A stretch of 64,000 nt of DNA from Ophelia neglecta (Eukaryota), in the NCBI GenBank assembly GCA_965285935.1, contig OZ260663.1, forward strand, positions 111,414,001 through 111,478,000, read 5' to 3'. The translations under genes and the position numbers were made by a program. Of the stretch, positions 62,701 to 64,000 are shown one piece after another. Each line of letters begins with the position of its first letter. Position 1 is the first letter of the stretch. A model generated the notes under the pieces. It was not told the DNA's origin, searched no databases, and worked only from the letters and a program-made list of their open reading frames with translations.

Positions 62701-64000
62701 AATGATGCAATTGGCAAGGGTAATAAACTATACCATTGCAAATAATGACGAAGCAAAACTTGGGTTATGGTGAGAGATACGTTTTTTCTTTTGTGTTCTA
62801 AATTATTTTCCTTTCTGCTTCAGACTATAATAAAAAAGACAGTTTGGCAATGATATCTTTATGCTTGCACCTGACGGTTCCAGAGTGTATTCAGAACAGT
62901 AAAATGGATACAAACAGATTAATTATTTTGGACTGAGTGCCAGGCACAAGTTAATAGCGCACCCAGCTAAACATTAATGTCTAGCGAATGCTTTGCGGTA
63001 CACCGGACAAATTGTGCTCGGAAAATATTTTCATGAGAAACCGGATTATGTCTGCTAATACTCGTTTTCGTCACAAAATATATCTAGAAACAATATTCTT
63101 ATTTATAATTGGACAATATTTTCTGCTCACTCGTAGTTCTTGCTTTCTTGTGTAATTTTGAAAAGGGTCAATGAATTAGTTCCATAAGCAGAATATTTCA
63201 TAAACCCAACACCCCCACTTTCATTTGACATACTAAAGTGCTTTCAATCATGTTTTTTTTTTGGGGGGGGGGGAGGGATCAAACAAATGAAGATGGAAGA
63301 TGTTCATTGCTTTGCTAATGGTCTTTTAGTTACCAACATTTTTAAATGCCGGTTAATGGTAGCGGTTAATGCTGGCTGACTTCTAATGAATGTGCCTAAG
63401 ATCAGGAAACCATTGTTCTAAACAAAATAAACACCGGACCAAAATTATGTAAAAGAAAGAGCCTAAATACAAAGCATCAGATGAACTTGTTTATAATACC
63501 GAGTAAAATTCCGAGTGAGCAATATTTATTATTATATAGCTTATATGAGTTACGGGCCATAATTTGACAAGACCTAGTGACAAGACATCAATTATAATTC
63601 CATGTACTCCGAGTTGTTCCTAGTTTGTTCCTTCTTTGGTTTCCGTATGCACTTTTCTGGTCTCCAGTTAAGGCTATGATCCTAGAGACCCAATTGTAGA
63701 AAAGTGCAGCTCAACTTACTGAAGGTAATAAATCGTACTCGCTTTATATACACCTGTCAGCTTGGAAAGGACAGGAGGGCAGTAGGGTGGGTGGGGGCGC
63801 ATAAAAATATGGTAGGCTTGAATGGAGGGAGGAAAAAATAGTGGAGTTGGGGGTTAAGAATATAGGGCGTTTGCGGTAATGAGGCAGGCGGGGTTGCGTT
63901 TAGGAGGGAAGGGTCATGGGGCTTGTGTAATAAGGATGGATGGGGGAGGGGGCGGGGGTCAACGAAGGAGGCATTTAAAAGCATATTTTAATTATATATA

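Noticed and set aside
59395-63970. C-rich tract (~59395-59562) and G-rich tract (~63775-63970) as inverted repeats of one element
   Set aside because: The similarity is limited to low-complexity CCCCTCCCCCATCC, with no extended alignment.
27500-63984. Numerous 60-110 aa ORFs in the right two-thirds of the window
   Set aside because: Their lengths and composition are what chance gives in AT-rich non-coding DNA, many use non-ATG starts, and I recognised no domains apart from the TE fragments listed.

Overview
This is AT-rich eukaryotic (most likely marine-invertebrate) DNA dominated by transposable elements; I found no rRNA, tRNA, CRISPR array or confidently identifiable intact host gene. The first 22 kb is a retroelement nest. 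It holds the 5' end of a CR1/L2-group LINE (1..~1797, minus) and a decayed Tx1/L1-clade LINE (~1800..9537, plus). That LINE's endonuclease domain is interrupted by a 3.4-kb LTR element (2712..6110, minus) with two apparently identical 391-bp LTRs, a GATA target duplication, a tRNA-Leu PBS and a PPT. Further along are a foldback/MITE, an RNase H-bearing I/Nimb-like LINE fragment, and a full-length CR1/L2-group LINE with both ORFs intact (16187..~21655, minus). The most unusual object is the LTR element: it has no protease, RT, RNase H or integrase and only a stop-interrupted helix-hairpin-helix relic where gag should be. It nonetheless keeps an intact 499-aa orphan ORF with a C2H2-like finger, placed behind env-style splice signals. 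Both CR1-group LINEs appear to start ORF2 at a conserved GTG overlapped by the stop of a small hydrophobic upstream ORF. The rest of the window holds a frameshifted intronless rhodopsin-class GPCR pseudogene, a G-quadruplex-prone 34-bp minisatellite containing TTAGGG, several old LINE fragments and small tandem repeats. All calls were made by eye, without database searches.
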